Source of the DNA: Prochlorococcaceae cyanobacterium Fu_MAG_50
Lineage (GTDB): Bacteria > Cyanobacteriota > Cyanobacteriia > PCC-6307 > Cyanobiaceae
Direction of reading: 5' to 3'
DNA: 29,758 bases
NCBI GenBank assembly: GCA_036012625.1
Contig: DASCPR010000172.1
Coordinates: 1-29,758 of the forward strand
Every line of letters starts with the position of its first letter. Position 1 is the first letter of the stretch. Below, piece after piece: positions 9,337 through 18,504 of the stretch. The notes beneath the pieces were generated by a model. That model made no database searches, was not told the origin of the DNA, and was given only the letters and a program-made list of their open reading frames with translations. Position numbers and translations under genes: made by a program.

Positions 9337-10304
9337 CCCTTGTTCTTGAGAAAATCGGCAGACGTGTCGGTCGTAACTGGATCATCCGCAATCTCCAACT
9401 TGAGGTAGAAGATGGTGAATGCCTGGCCCTGTTGGGCCCCAGTGGCTGCGGCAAAAGCAGCACTTTGCGATTGATCGCCGGTCTGGATCAACCGGATGAA
9501 GGCACGATTTCCATCAATGGAACCAACGTCACCAATGTCTCCCCGGTAGAGCGGCGAATCGGCATGGTGTTTCAGAGCTACGCACTGTTCCCTCATCTGA
9601 GTGTTGCCGACAATCTTTGCCTTGGTCTGCGTGTACGTGGTGCCTCTCGCCCCGAGCAGCGCAAACGGGTTGGTGATGTGCTTGCTCTCATGCAACTTGA
9701 GGATCTTGCCGAGCGCAGGCCGTCCCATCTGTCTGGAGGCCAACGTCAGCGGGTGGCACTGGCAAGGGCCCTGTTGAGAGATCCGCTGGTTTATCTGCTC
9801 GATGAACCGATGAGCAACCTTGATGCCCAGTTGAAGGAAGAGCTGAGGCCGGAATTGAGGCGTCTGATCATGTCCGGAAGCCAACCGGTTGTGTATGTCA
9901 CCCACGATCAGCATGAAGCCATGGCGATGGCAAAAAAAATCGCTGTTCTACGCGATGGACAGCTTGAGCAGGTCGGCACCACCCGCGAGCTCTACAACAA
10001 ACCCATCTCCACTTTTGTGGCCAGATTCATCGGTCGGCCTGAGATCAATTTGCTCAAACCTGAATCCAATCTGATCACAGGCATCCGTCCTGAGGATCTC
10101 AAACTGCAAGCCAACGGCCTGGATTGTCGATTGATTGACAGGGAATGGCTCGGCGCTGCTCAGTTGTGGCTGCTGGAGAGCTGCCGCGGTTCGATCCGCA
10201 TGCTCTGCGACAGCCAGACCGCCGTTCCAGAAAGCATTCAGATCGGATGGTCCCGATCAAAGGAACATCACTTCAATGCTCAGACCGGTCGCCGCTGCGA
10301 CTGA
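9333..10304 (+). CDS. Sugar ABC transporter ATP-binding protein (MalK/GgtA-like)
   Basis: Seen: Walker A GPSGCGKS, Q-loop VFQSYALFPHL, signature LSGGQRQ, Walker B LLDEP and H-loop VTHDQ. Confidence 0.93.
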   Translation: MTLVLEKIGRRVGRNWIIRNLQLEVEDGECLALLGPSGCGKSSTLRLIAGLDQPDEGTISINGTNVTNVSPVERRIGMVFQSYALFPHLSVADNLCLGLRVRGASRPEQRKRVGDVLALMQLEDLAERRPSHLSGGQRQRVALARALLRDPLVYLLDEPMSNLDAQLKEELRPELRRLIMSGSQPVVYVTHDQHEAMAMAKKIAVLRDGQLEQVGTTRELYNKPISTFVARFIGRPEINLLKPESNLITGIRPEDLKLQANGLDCRLIDREWLGAAQLWLLESCRGSIRMLCDSQTAVPESIQIGWSRSKEHHFNAQTGRRCD

Positions 10305-11385
10305 TCGTTCTGTTCGAGCTCTCCTCTGTCACCGCTGCCAGAGCCTCTCGCAGCATCTTCCCATGGGCTCCGGCCTGTTCGCGGATCTTGTTGATGGCGC
10401 TGGCGCTTGCTGGTCTGTCCAAGACACTCTTCCACTGTTCAGCAAGGGCTGAGGCTGAGGGCAAGTTGCGAAGATCCGCACATGGCAGTCCCGCCATCCT
10501 GGCGGCAGAAGCAACCTTGGGGTCGTAACTCAAAGCTGCGCTGGGGGCGCCGGAAAGGGCAGCAAGGATCAGCGCATGCAGGCGCATGGGCAACACCAGC
10601 CGCGCGCGGCTGAACTGGTTCATGGCCTCCGCCACCGAATGAACCACAACGGTTCTGCTCCTTGATTTCAGGCCGGAACCGATCAGGCTCTGACGCTCAA
10701 GTGAACTGAGCAGAGGAGCATCCTGATGGCGATGAAACGCGAGCCAGTGCAGAGGCGCGTCAACCTCAGCGAGCAGTTCTTCCAAGGCCCTGATCAACTG
10801 CAGCCAGCCATGCTGATCAAGTAATGCAGTGGGGCGCCAGCACAAGACCACGGCCTCCCCCCCAGCCCAACTTGCCATTGGAATCTGCCAGACCGGATCA
10901 GGAGCCATGCGCATCGGCACGCAAAGCTGCCATCGTTGGGCCAATGCCAGAGATTCCGGATCCCGCCAGCTAATCCTCTGAACGGAACGGAGCACTGAGG
11001 CCACCAGCCAGCGGCTGAATCGAGAGCGGAGAGGGCCAAGTCCCTGCCCCCAGAGCACAACGGTTCGCCCCTGAAGCCGTGCCATAGCAATCAGGATCAG
11101 GTAATACAGCAGACTCCTGAAACTGGTGCTGTCCTGCAGAAGGCTGCCACCGCCGAGAACAACAACCTGGACAGAGCTGAGGGCCTGAATCGTCTTGGCC
11201 AGGGATCGCCGGTTGACAACATCTGATCCAGGGGCGAGATCCTGAATGGAGCCCGGATCATGGGCTGTGATCAGAGGCCGCCACTGCTCAGGGAGATCCT
11301 CAAGAAGCACCTCAAGCAGTGCATCATCGCCAAGATTCTTTTCCCCGTAGTAACCACACAACATCACTGTGGGGCAGGCCGACAT
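10273..11385 (-). CDS. csaB: Polysaccharide pyruvyl transferase CsaB family
   Basis: Seen: LCGYYGEKNLGDDALL, GGGSLLQDSTS, WGQGLGP, ISWRDPES, MRLHALILA and LSYDPKV. The start could be 11397, 11385 or 11364. Confidence 0.88.
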   Translation of the reverse strand: MSACPTVMLCGYYGEKNLGDDALLEVLLEDLPEQWRPLITAHDPGSIQDLAPGSDVVNRRSLAKTIQALSSVQVVVLGGGSLLQDSTSFRSLLYYLILIAMARLQGRTVVLWGQGLGPLRSRFSRWLVASVLRSVQRISWRDPESLALAQRWQLCVPMRMAPDPVWQIPMASWAGGEAVVLCWRPTALLDQHGWLQLIRALEELLAEVDAPLHWLAFHRHQDAPLLSSLERQSLIGSGLKSRSRTVVVHSVAEAMNQFSRARLVLPMRLHALILAALSGAPSAALSYDPKVASAARMAGLPCADLRNLPSASALAEQWKSVLDRPASASAINKIREQAGAHGKMLREALAAVTEESSNRTISRSGDRSEH

Positions 11386-11468
11386 CTGATCTGCCATCGT
11401 CAGATTTGAGTGGTGAAGCCATTATCAATGATGCATTTTCACTAGGCTTGTTAAATCCGCCTGATCCT

Positions 11469-11768
11469 GTGCACGCACTCTCTCTGGGCACCTGGTGGAT
11501 CCATATCTCCACCCTGCTCGAATGGTCATTGGCGATTGTTCTGGTGGTGCAGTGGGGCCGCTGGAACCAGAACACAGCGATGTCCTGGCTGGCCCTTGCC
11601 ATGCTGCCGAATCTGATGAGTGCACTGGCAGCCTGCACCTGGCATGTCTTCGATAACAGTGAGGCCCTGCGCGGTTTGATTGTCCTGCAGGCAGGCCTCA
11701 CCCTGCTCGGTAACAGCTGTTTGGCAGCAGCCGCCTGGAACCTGTTTCGAACAGAAGGTCAGACCTGA
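11469..11768 (+). CDS. DUF2499 / Ycf49-like small membrane protein
   Basis: Seen: from GTG 11469, (M)HALSLGTWWIHISTLLEW...AMLPNLMSALAACTWHVFDN...LQAGLTLLGNSCL. The family is recalled, not searched. The ORF-track start at 11319 overlaps csaB and was rejected. Confidence 0.8.
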   Translation: MHALSLGTWWIHISTLLEWSLAIVLVVQWGRWNQNTAMSWLALAMLPNLMSALAACTWHVFDNSEALRGLIVLQAGLTLLGNSCLAAAAWNLFRTEGQT

Positions 11769-12115
11769 TGAGCATCGTTGCATCGACTGGACTCCTCAAT
11801 TCCCTCAGTGCCCTCAGTGGCTTCGATCCGTCACCGCTTTATGGACTCTCCCTGATTCCATACCTGGCCTTTCTGTGGTGGGCCCAGCAATGCCGCTCCA
11901 TCCCAAGGATTGCCCTCTGGGGCTTCCGGCTCACATTGCTGTTTGTATTGATCACGATCATCTTTGCGATCCTGGCTGACCAGATTTATGGACGTGAACT
12001 CTCCAACGTTGATCCCTTCCATGGAGCCGCAGAGGCATTCCTGACCTTGAGCGATGCCCTCATCGCCATCGGTTTTGCCCATGCCCTAGGCAGGAAACTA
12101 GTGAATAACTCTTAA
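11768..12115 (+). CDS. DUF3593-like small membrane protein
   Basis: Seen: PLYGLSLIPYLAFLW, GFRLTLLFVLITI and VDPFHGAAEAFLTLSD; TGATG overlap with the upstream gene. Confidence 0.8.
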   Translation: MSIVASTGLLNSLSALSGFDPSPLYGLSLIPYLAFLWWAQQCRSIPRIALWGFRLTLLFVLITIIFAILADQIYGRELSNVDPFHGAAEAFLTLSDALIAIGFAHALGRKLVNNS

Positions 12116-12184
12116 GAGCCGGCTGCACTTGCATCAGAAAGCGCCATAAATGACGGAAAATTAAGCGTTGCTTCCACGGTCTTC

Positions 12185-12445
12185 ATGATCACACCCCTCC
12201 TGGCTGCCGCTGCTCCTGCCACATTCGCCTGGTCGCCGAAAGTGGGCCTCGTGATGGTCGCTTGTCATCTGCTGGCTTGGACCATCGCCAAAACAACCAT
12301 CCAGTACCAGAACGAAGGCACCAAGATGCCTTTCCCGAAATTGTTCGCTGGTATGAGCCACGCCTCTGTGGTTGCAGCCAACTGCCTCGGCCATGTAATG
12401 GGCATTGGAACCATCCAGGGCCTTGCCCAACGCGGACTTCTCTGA
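12185..12445 (+). CDS. psaK: Photosystem I subunit PsaK
   Basis: Seen: FAWSPKVGLVM...GMSHAS...LGHVMGIGTIQGLAQRGLL, 86 aa, two TM helices. Established: picocyanobacterial PsaK pattern. Confidence 0.9.
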   Translation: MITPLLAAAAPATFAWSPKVGLVMVACHLLAWTIAKTTIQYQNEGTKMPFPKLFAGMSHASVVAANCLGHVMGIGTIQGLAQRGLL

Positions 12446-12460
12446 TCCGGTTTTGCTGCG

Positions 12461-12542
12461 ACAGGCTTCTCTGAGGCGGCTTTCACTGAGTCGGCTTTCT
12501 CTGCAAAGAGTCCTCTGAATGGGCCCATTCAGAGAAGCCTGT
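12461..12542. repeat. Nested repeat element: three 14-15 bp direct repeats, a 22-bp palindrome and a 14-bp terminal inverted repeat
   Basis: Seen: AGGCTTCTCTGAGG / CGGCTTTCACTGAGT / CGGCTTTCTCTGCAA (12463-12506); palindrome CTCTGAATGGGCCCATTCAGAG (12513-12534); ACAGGCTTCTCTGA (12461-12474) is the exact reverse complement of 12529-12542. Confidence 0.9.
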
Positions 12543-12543
12543 T

Positions 12544-13776
12544 TCACCGCCAACCGATCAGATAGGGAAGCAGACGCAGGCCATACCGTTCAAAGCGATA
12601 GTCAAATAAAAGGGAGTTGAGATCCTCAGCTGAGGCCTTCTCTGACAACCCAGAAATCAAACGGCTCATTCGCTGATCAGCCTGGTTGTTGGCAAGCCCC
12701 CACCAGGTGCGCCTTGCCAATCTGGCTGAAACACCCCAGCGCCAACCGAGACGTTGGCGCAATTTTTTTTCATAGCTGCTGATCAATCGACGTTCAAGCT
12801 GATCTGATCTGCCAGCCAGATTCCGATCACAGGCTTCAGCAAGCAGTGGCGCCAGAATCTCAGCACTGAGCAAGGCGGAACGAATCCCTTCGCCGCCAAG
12901 AAGATTGGCCGTGCTCACGGCATCACCCACGCCAATGAGCCGCCCCTGACCGTGGATTTCGCGCCGATCAAGGGTGCTGCTTAACAAGCCCCCATGTCGA
13001 TCAAGCACGGGCAGACGATCAAGGCCGAATCTGCTGAGTATCCCCTTGAGGAAGCTTGAAGCAGAAGGGAGATGAACCCCTTCAGCTTGTGGTGGCAGGC
13101 GACAGACACCAACCTTCAAACGGTTTGCCGCCATCGGAAAAATCCATCCATAACCATGGGGAATCCAGCTGGAACCGAGAAAAAAACTCAGCCGGTCCCC
13201 CCAGGGGGCCACATCACTGGATTGTCCCTGAATGATCCACTCCACCCCCACCCCCTCGAGCAGAGGTTTGATCTGCCTGGAACCTCGAGCCTTTGGAGAG
13301 CCGAGCAGGCAACGACGCTGGCCAGTGGCATCAATCACCCAGGCAGCGGTCCTGGTCTGAACACAACCGGCGGCTGATCTCAACAGCACATCCGCCCGCC
13401 CTGAGCCGGCAGTGACAGACATCACCTGCCAACCCTTGAGGAACTCCACCCCAGCCTCAACGGCACGCTGCCAGAGCTGTTGACGAAGCACACCGAAATC
13501 GAGAACGGCGCCGAGATCCGTCTCGCTCCACCATTGGTGTTCACCACCCTCTGGGTCATGGAGTTGCCAGCCGCGCCAGATAGCCGCCACTGCCCGCCTG
13601 GGCACGTCTAGGTCAGCAAGGGCGCCATAGGGAATCGCCGCACTTGAAAAGGCGACCTTCGCAGGATCCCGCAATGTCTCCACAAGTGTGACCTGAAGGC
13701 CCTGCAGGGCTAGCCGTTCGGCAAGTCGGGCCCCGGCTGGCCCGGCGCCAGCGACAAGAACGATTGGTGTACTCAG
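12544..13776 (-). CDS. FAD-dependent oxidoreductase (geranylgeranyl reductase/FixC-like family), probable CTG start
   Basis: Seen: the frame of ORF 12544..13683 extends upstream as [23 protein letters not shown] (Rossmann GxGxxG). Also VIDATGQ, GYGWIFP and [17 protein letters not shown]. The start codon and substrate are inference. Confidence 0.8.
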   Translation of the reverse strand: MSTPIVLVAGAGPAGARLAERLALQGLQVTLVETLRDPAKVAFSSAAIPYGALADLDVPRRAVAAIWRGWQLHDPEGGEHQWWSETDLGAVLDFGVLRQQLWQRAVEAGVEFLKGWQVMSVTAGSGRADVLLRSAAGCVQTRTAAWVIDATGQRRCLLGSPKARGSRQIKPLLEGVGVEWIIQGQSSDVAPWGDRLSFFLGSSWIPHGYGWIFPMAANRLKVGVCRLPPQAEGVHLPSASSFLKGILSRFGLDRLPVLDRHGGLLSSTLDRREIHGQGRLIGVGDAVSTANLLGGEGIRSALLSAEILAPLLAEACDRNLAGRSDQLERRLISSYEKKLRQRLGWRWGVSARLARRTWWGLANNQADQRMSRLISGLSEKASAEDLNSLLFDYRFERYGLRLLPYLIGWR

Positions 13777-15707
13777 CTTTGAACAGCCTGGGGTGTTGAT
13801 TGACCAATGAAACTGGCACTGGGGGCAAAGCCAAAGCGATCGCGGATCCGATCCGCCATCTGTTCTGGCGTCAGCCCCAGGGACTCTTTGCTCTGCTGGG
13901 GAGTGGCATGGTCAACCAACTGATCAGGGATGCCGATCCTGAGCGTCGGCACGAGCACATCGTGGTCGTGAATGGATTCCACCACGGCAGCACCGAAACC
14001 ACCGGCAAGAGTGCCTTCCTCCATGGTCACAACACGTCCGATCCGCCTTGCAAGCGGATGGATCAGAGCCTGATCAAGGGGCCTCAGGAAGCGTGCATTG
14101 ATCACCGTTGCCATCACCCCGGAGTCCTCAAGCAGGGATGCAGTTGCAATTGCTGGAGCCACCATTGCCCCATAGGCGACGATCAACAGATCCTCGCCAT
14201 CCCTTAAAACCTCCCCTCTGCCAATCGGCAGTGGTTCCCAGCCGTCCTCCATCAAGGGCACCCCTTCGCCATTGCCTCTGGGAATGCGTAGGGCCGTTGG
14301 GCCTGGATGTCCAAGGCAGGTCACCAGCATGCGCTGAAGTTCAGCTTCATCCTTGGGAGCCATCACCGTGAAATTAGGAATCGCCCGCATGTAACTGATG
14401 TCGTATTGCCCCTGATGGGTTGGTCCATCAGCCCCGACAATGCCGGCGCGATCGAGCACGAAGGTGACGGGAAGATTCTGAATGCCCACGTCATGAATCA
14501 TCTGGTCATAGGCACGCTGCAGAAAAGTGCTGTAAATCGCCAGAACAGGCTTGAGTCCCTCACAGGCCATGCCAGCCGCCAGGGTCACCGCATGCTGTTC
14601 GGCAATGCCAACGTCGATGTATTGCTGTGGAATGGCCTTCTGCAGAAGGTCGAGCCCTGTCCCGGTGGCCATGGCTGCGGTGATTCCCACCACCGTGCTG
14701 TCCTGCTCGCACAATTTGACAAGGGTTTGACCAAAAACCTTGCTGTAAGAGGGGGGTTTCGAAGCTTTTGAGGCGAGAGCCTTGCCGGTCGCCAGATCAA
14801 AGGCGGACTGGGCGTGATAGCCAACCTGGTCTGCCTCGGCGCAGGGATAGCCCTTGCCCTTGGTGGTCACCACATGGACGAGGACCGGTCCTCCGGCGCG
14901 GTGGGCGGCCTGAAAGGAGCGCACCATTTCAGGAATGTTGTGACCATCAATCGGGCCCATGTAGGTGAAACCCAATTCCTCAAACACAGCCCCCACCTTG
15001 GGAACCGCCAGTCGCCGCATGCTGCCCTTCAGACGGTGCAGCTCATCCGGCAGTTCACCGCCCATGAAGGGAAGCTGCTTGACACTTTCCTCGACACTGC
15101 CGGAAAGGAACTGCATCGGTGGGCTCAGCCGCATCCGATTTAGATAGGTGGACAGTGCTCCCACAGGAGGGGAGATCGACATGTCGTTGTCGTTGAGTAC
15201 GACCAGCAGTGGCGTGTTGGGCAAGTGGCCTGCATGGTTGATGGCTTCAAGGGCCATCCCACCGGTGAGGGCACCATCCCCAATCACAGCAACGCATTTG
15301 AACGATTCACCACGACGATCTCTGGCCAGGGCCATGCCAAGGGCCGCGGAGATCGATGTACTGGCATGGCCGGCCCCGAAATGGTCAAAGGGGCTTTCAG
15401 ATCGCTTCAGATAACCGGCTACACCGTGCTGCTGGCGAAGGCTATCGAAGGATTCGTAGCGACCGGTGATCAATTTGTGGGGGTAGGCCTGATGCCCCAC
15501 ATCCCAGATCACGCGATCATGGTCCAGATCAAGGGTCTGATAGAGGGCCAGGGTGAGCTCAACCACACCGAGGCCAGGGCCCAGATGGCCTCCGCTCGTG
15601 GACACAACTTCGAGATGGCGCTCACGGATCTGCCTGGCAACATCCTCAAGCTCTTCTGTGCTGAGGCCATGCAGCTGATTCGGATGAGTCAACTCGCTCA
15701 GCTTCAT
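13773..15707 (-). CDS. dxs: 1-deoxy-D-xylulose-5-phosphate synthase
   Basis: Seen: [42 protein letters not shown]...NDN (ThDP motif), VGIAEQHAV and DGPTHQG. The start is ATG 15707 or 15713. Confidence 0.98.
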   Translation of the reverse strand: MKLSELTHPNQLHGLSTEELEDVARQIRERHLEVVSTSGGHLGPGLGVVELTLALYQTLDLDHDRVIWDVGHQAYPHKLITGRYESFDSLRQQHGVAGYLKRSESPFDHFGAGHASTSISAALGMALARDRRGESFKCVAVIGDGALTGGMALEAINHAGHLPNTPLLVVLNDNDMSISPPVGALSTYLNRMRLSPPMQFLSGSVEESVKQLPFMGGELPDELHRLKGSMRRLAVPKVGAVFEELGFTYMGPIDGHNIPEMVRSFQAAHRAGGPVLVHVVTTKGKGYPCAEADQVGYHAQSAFDLATGKALASKASKPPSYSKVFGQTLVKLCEQDSTVVGITAAMATGTGLDLLQKAIPQQYIDVGIAEQHAVTLAAGMACEGLKPVLAIYSTFLQRAYDQMIHDVGIQNLPVTFVLDRAGIVGADGPTHQGQYDISYMRAIPNFTVMAPKDEAELQRMLVTCLGHPGPTALRIPRGNGEGVPLMEDGWEPLPIGRGEVLRDGEDLLIVAYGAMVAPAIATASLLEDSGVMATVINARFLRPLDQALIHPLARRIGRVVTMEEGTLAGGFGAAVVESIHDHDVLVPTLRIGIPDQLVDHATPQQSKESLGLTPEQMADRIRDRFGFAPSASFIGQSTPQAVQS

Positions 15708-15827
15708 ACCCATCGAGCACCGATCCGGTCAATCTAGAAGGTTCTGTTAAGCGATTGTCAGATCCATTGAAATCGAGACTTGCGGCAACAGGCAGATGCT
15801 CAGACCAGCGCTTGCGAGACTGTTCCT

Positions 15828-17372
15828 ATGGATGATTATCTGCAGAAAATTCTCAGGGCTCGCGTTTACGACGTTGCCCAGGAGACGCCACTGGAGCTGG
15901 CGACAAACCTGAGTCGCCGCCTGAACAATCAGATCTGGTTCAAACGGGAGGACCTGCAGCCCGTTTTCTCCTTCAAACTCCGGGGCGCCTACAACCGGAT
16001 GTCCCAGCTCAGTGCCGCTGAACTGAAGCGGGGTGTGATCGCCTCAAGCGCCGGCAATCATGCCCAGGGTGTTGCCCTCAGCGCCTCCAAGCTTAATTCA
16101 AGAGCGGTGATCGTGATGCCGATCACCACTCCGGAGATGAAGGTCAGAGCTGTGCGCTCCCTCGGTGCCGAGGTGGTTCTGCATGGAGAGACCTATGACG
16201 AGTGTTATGGGGAAGCCCTGCGTCTGAGCCAGGAGCAGGGGCTCACCTTCATTCATCCCTTTGACGATCCTGAGGTGATCGCCGGTCAGGGGACCATCGC
16301 CTTTGAGATTCTGCGCCAGATCAACGAACCACCCGATGCGATCTATGTGGCTGTTGGTGGTGGTGGCTTGATTGCGGGAATCGCTGCCTATGTCAAGAGT
16401 CTCTGGCCAACTGTTGAGGTGATTGGCGTTGAACCCCACGATGCTGCGGCGATGACCGAATCACTACGGGCTGGTGAACGGATCGAACTGCCCCAGGTGG
16501 GCCTGTTTGCCGATGGGGTAGCCGTCAGGCAGGTGGGGAAGCACTCCTTTGAACTGGCCAGGAAACATGTTGACGGGATGGTCACGGTCAGCACCGACGA
16601 GATCTGCGCAGCCATCAAGGATGTCTTTGAAGACACCCGCTCCATTCTCGAGCCCGCCGGGGCCCTGGCTGTTGCCGGGCTCAAGGCGGATGTGATCAGG
16701 CGGAACCTGCAGGGGAAAAGCCTTGTGGCCGTGGCCTGCGGCGCCAATATGAATTTCGAAAGACTCAGATTCGTTGCTGAGCGTGCCGAACTTGGCGAAG
16801 AGCGGGAGGCCATGCTCGCCGTTGAGATTCCTGAGCAAGCAGGCAGTCTGCGCCGCCTCTGTCAGAGCCTTGGCGAACGAAGTCTCACCGAATTCAGCTA
16901 TCGCATGGCTGAGGGAGCTCAGGCCCACATCTTTATCGGCGTGCAAGTGCAGGGACCTCAGGATCGAACCCAGCTGTTGAAACGGCTTGAAGCATCAGGT
17001 TTTCCCTGCCTTGATCTGAGTGAGGATGAACTGGCGAAGGTACATCTGCGCCATATGGTCGGTGGCCGTCTGCCCTCCTCAGCCAAAACAGAGGGGGCAA
17101 AGACCTGCCATGAATTGCTCTACCGATTTGAATTCCCGGAACGGCCTGGGGCCCTGATGACCTTCGTCAGCACCCTTCAGCCTGATTGGAGCATCAGCAT
17201 CTTCCATTACCGCAACCACGGCTCTGATGTGGGCAGGATTGTCGTGGGTGTTCTGGTAGAGGAAAAGGACCTGCTCAACTGGAATCGCTTCCTGGAAAAT
17301 CTGGGTTACCAGAGCTGGGAGGAGACCGGAAATCCCGCCTATGAACTTTTCCTGGGTGCGCGTTCCTTCTGA
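15828..17372 (+). CDS. ilvA: Threonine ammonia-lyase, biosynthetic
   Basis: Seen: KREDLQPVFSFKLRGAYN (PLP lysine), ASSAGNHAQGVA, GGGGLIAG, CGANMNF and FEFPERPGAL (regulatory domains). Start moved to ATG 15828 (MDDYLQKILRARVYDVA). Confidence 0.97.
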   Translation: MDDYLQKILRARVYDVAQETPLELATNLSRRLNNQIWFKREDLQPVFSFKLRGAYNRMSQLSAAELKRGVIASSAGNHAQGVALSASKLNSRAVIVMPITTPEMKVRAVRSLGAEVVLHGETYDECYGEALRLSQEQGLTFIHPFDDPEVIAGQGTIAFEILRQINEPPDAIYVAVGGGGLIAGIAAYVKSLWPTVEVIGVEPHDAAAMTESLRAGERIELPQVGLFADGVAVRQVGKHSFELARKHVDGMVTVSTDEICAAIKDVFEDTRSILEPAGALAVAGLKADVIRRNLQGKSLVAVACGANMNFERLRFVAERAELGEEREAMLAVEIPEQAGSLRRLCQSLGERSLTEFSYRMAEGAQAHIFIGVQVQGPQDRTQLLKRLEASGFPCLDLSEDELAKVHLRHMVGGRLPSSAKTEGAKTCHELLYRFEFPERPGALMTFVSTLQPDWSISIFHYRNHGSDVGRIVVGVLVEEKDLLNWNRFLENLGYQSWEETGNPAYELFLGARSF

Positions 17373-17409
17373 ACACGTTAATTTGGCCCATCCATCTCTG
17401 GGGGCTGCC

Positions 17410-17943
17410 ATGGACGCCAAATCCCAGGCCTTCGCCGAGGAGAGCGGCTTAGGCATCTCACTACCGGCAAGGCTTGAAGCCATTCTTTATCTCAAGGGCA
17501 GGCCGGTCACCCTCAAGGAGATGGCTGAGCTCTCAGACACCTCCATGACGGATGTTGAACAGGCACTTCTTGCCCTGGTGGCCGGTTATGCCCAGAGAGA
17601 CACAGCTCTGGAGATCAATGAACACAAAGGTTCCTTCAGCCTGCAGTTGCGCCCTGGACTGGGCTCACTGGTGCAGAATCTTCTGCCTGTTGACCTTTCC
17701 ACTGCCAGCCTCAGAACCCTTGCCACGATTGCCCTGAAGAAAAGGATCCTGCAATCGGATCTGGTTGAGCTGCGTGGTTCAGGTGCCTACGAGCACATCA
17801 AGGATCTGCTGGCTCAGAACTTCATCGAACGCAAGCGTCAAAGCGAAGGCCGCTCCTACTGGCTGACCCTGTCTGAGAAATTTCATCGCACCTTTTCAGT
17901 TCTTCCTGACCTGGGTTCAGTCGAGCCACCCAAGGCTGCATAG
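17410..17943 (+). CDS. scpB: SMC-Scp complex subunit ScpB
   Basis: Seen: ARLEAILYLKGRP, LSTASLRTLATIA, QSDLVELRG and LTLSEKFHRTF. The start at ATG 17410 is inferred. Confidence 0.9.
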   Translation: MDAKSQAFAEESGLGISLPARLEAILYLKGRPVTLKEMAELSDTSMTDVEQALLALVAGYAQRDTALEINEHKGSFSLQLRPGLGSLVQNLLPVDLSTASLRTLATIALKKRILQSDLVELRGSGAYEHIKDLLAQNFIERKRQSEGRSYWLTLSEKFHRTFSVLPDLGSVEPPKAA

Positions 17944-17979
17944 AGTTAACCCATTCAGGTGCTCATCATGGAAAACCCA

Positions 17980-18270
17980 ATGGCAGTTCAGCTATTCGCG
18001 GCTGAATTACTGGCAGTACTCGCCACAACCCTTGTCTTCTACTCCTACATCCTGATCGTAAGGGTTCTACTGAGCTGGTTCCCGAATCTTGACTGGGGTA
18101 ATCCAGTGCTCAGCGCTGTGAGTTCGATCACGGATCCATACCTGAACATGTTCCGTGGCTTGATTCCACCACTTGGGGGACTCGATCTCTCCGCCATCCT
18201 TGCCTTCATTGCCCTGAGCCTGATGAGCAGCTTGCTCGAGAGTGGTGCCCGGGTCGTTATCGGTCTTTAA
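17980..18270 (+). CDS. yggT: YggT (YlmG/Ycf19) family membrane protein
   Basis: Seen: YILIVRVLLSWFPN, ITDPYLNMFRGLIPPLGGLDLSAILAF. The start could be 17959, 17968 or 17980. Confidence 0.92.
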   Translation: MAVQLFAAELLAVLATTLVFYSYILIVRVLLSWFPNLDWGNPVLSAVSSITDPYLNMFRGLIPPLGGLDLSAILAFIALSLMSSLLESGARVVIGL

Positions 18271-18424
18271 GGGACACGGACAGAAGAGGAACTGATCCCA
18301 AAGGGGGACATCCCTCAAGCATCTGAGCTCGGCACTTCAGCGGCCCACTTGATCTGAGCCTGAACCTTGCTTAGGAGCAGCAGCAGCTATGGCTATAGAG
18401 ATCCATCTCTTCTGATCGCAAGGT

Positions 18425-18504
18425 GTCTTCGGCTGACAGCGTCTTTTGCTGACAGCGTCTTTTGCTGACAGCTTTTTTGCTGACGGCGTCTTCAGCTGAA
18501 CAGC
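18425..18504. repeat. Tandem array of five ~16-bp units (consensus GTCTTTTGCTGACAGC)
   Basis: Seen: GTCTTCGGCTGACAGC, GTCTTTTGCTGACAGC x2, TTTTTTGCTGACGGC and GTCTTCAGCTGAACAGC, head-to-tail with no spacers. An extra core TTTTGCTGACA lies at 18657-18667. Confidence 0.93.

Noticed and set aside
13613-13834. Alternative-frame ORF suggesting a frameshift between dxs and the oxidoreductase
   Set aside because: The GxGxxG motif is already in frame with the oxidoreductase body, so no frameshift is needed.
13836-13843. HIP1 octamer GCGATCGC
   Set aside because: I noticed only this one copy by eye, inside dxs. There is no sign of the high density typical of HIP1-rich cyanobacteria. An exhaustive count was not done.
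18425-18504. CRISPR array
   Set aside because: The units are 15-17 bp, directly adjacent, with no unique spacers. There is no leader and no cas gene in the window.
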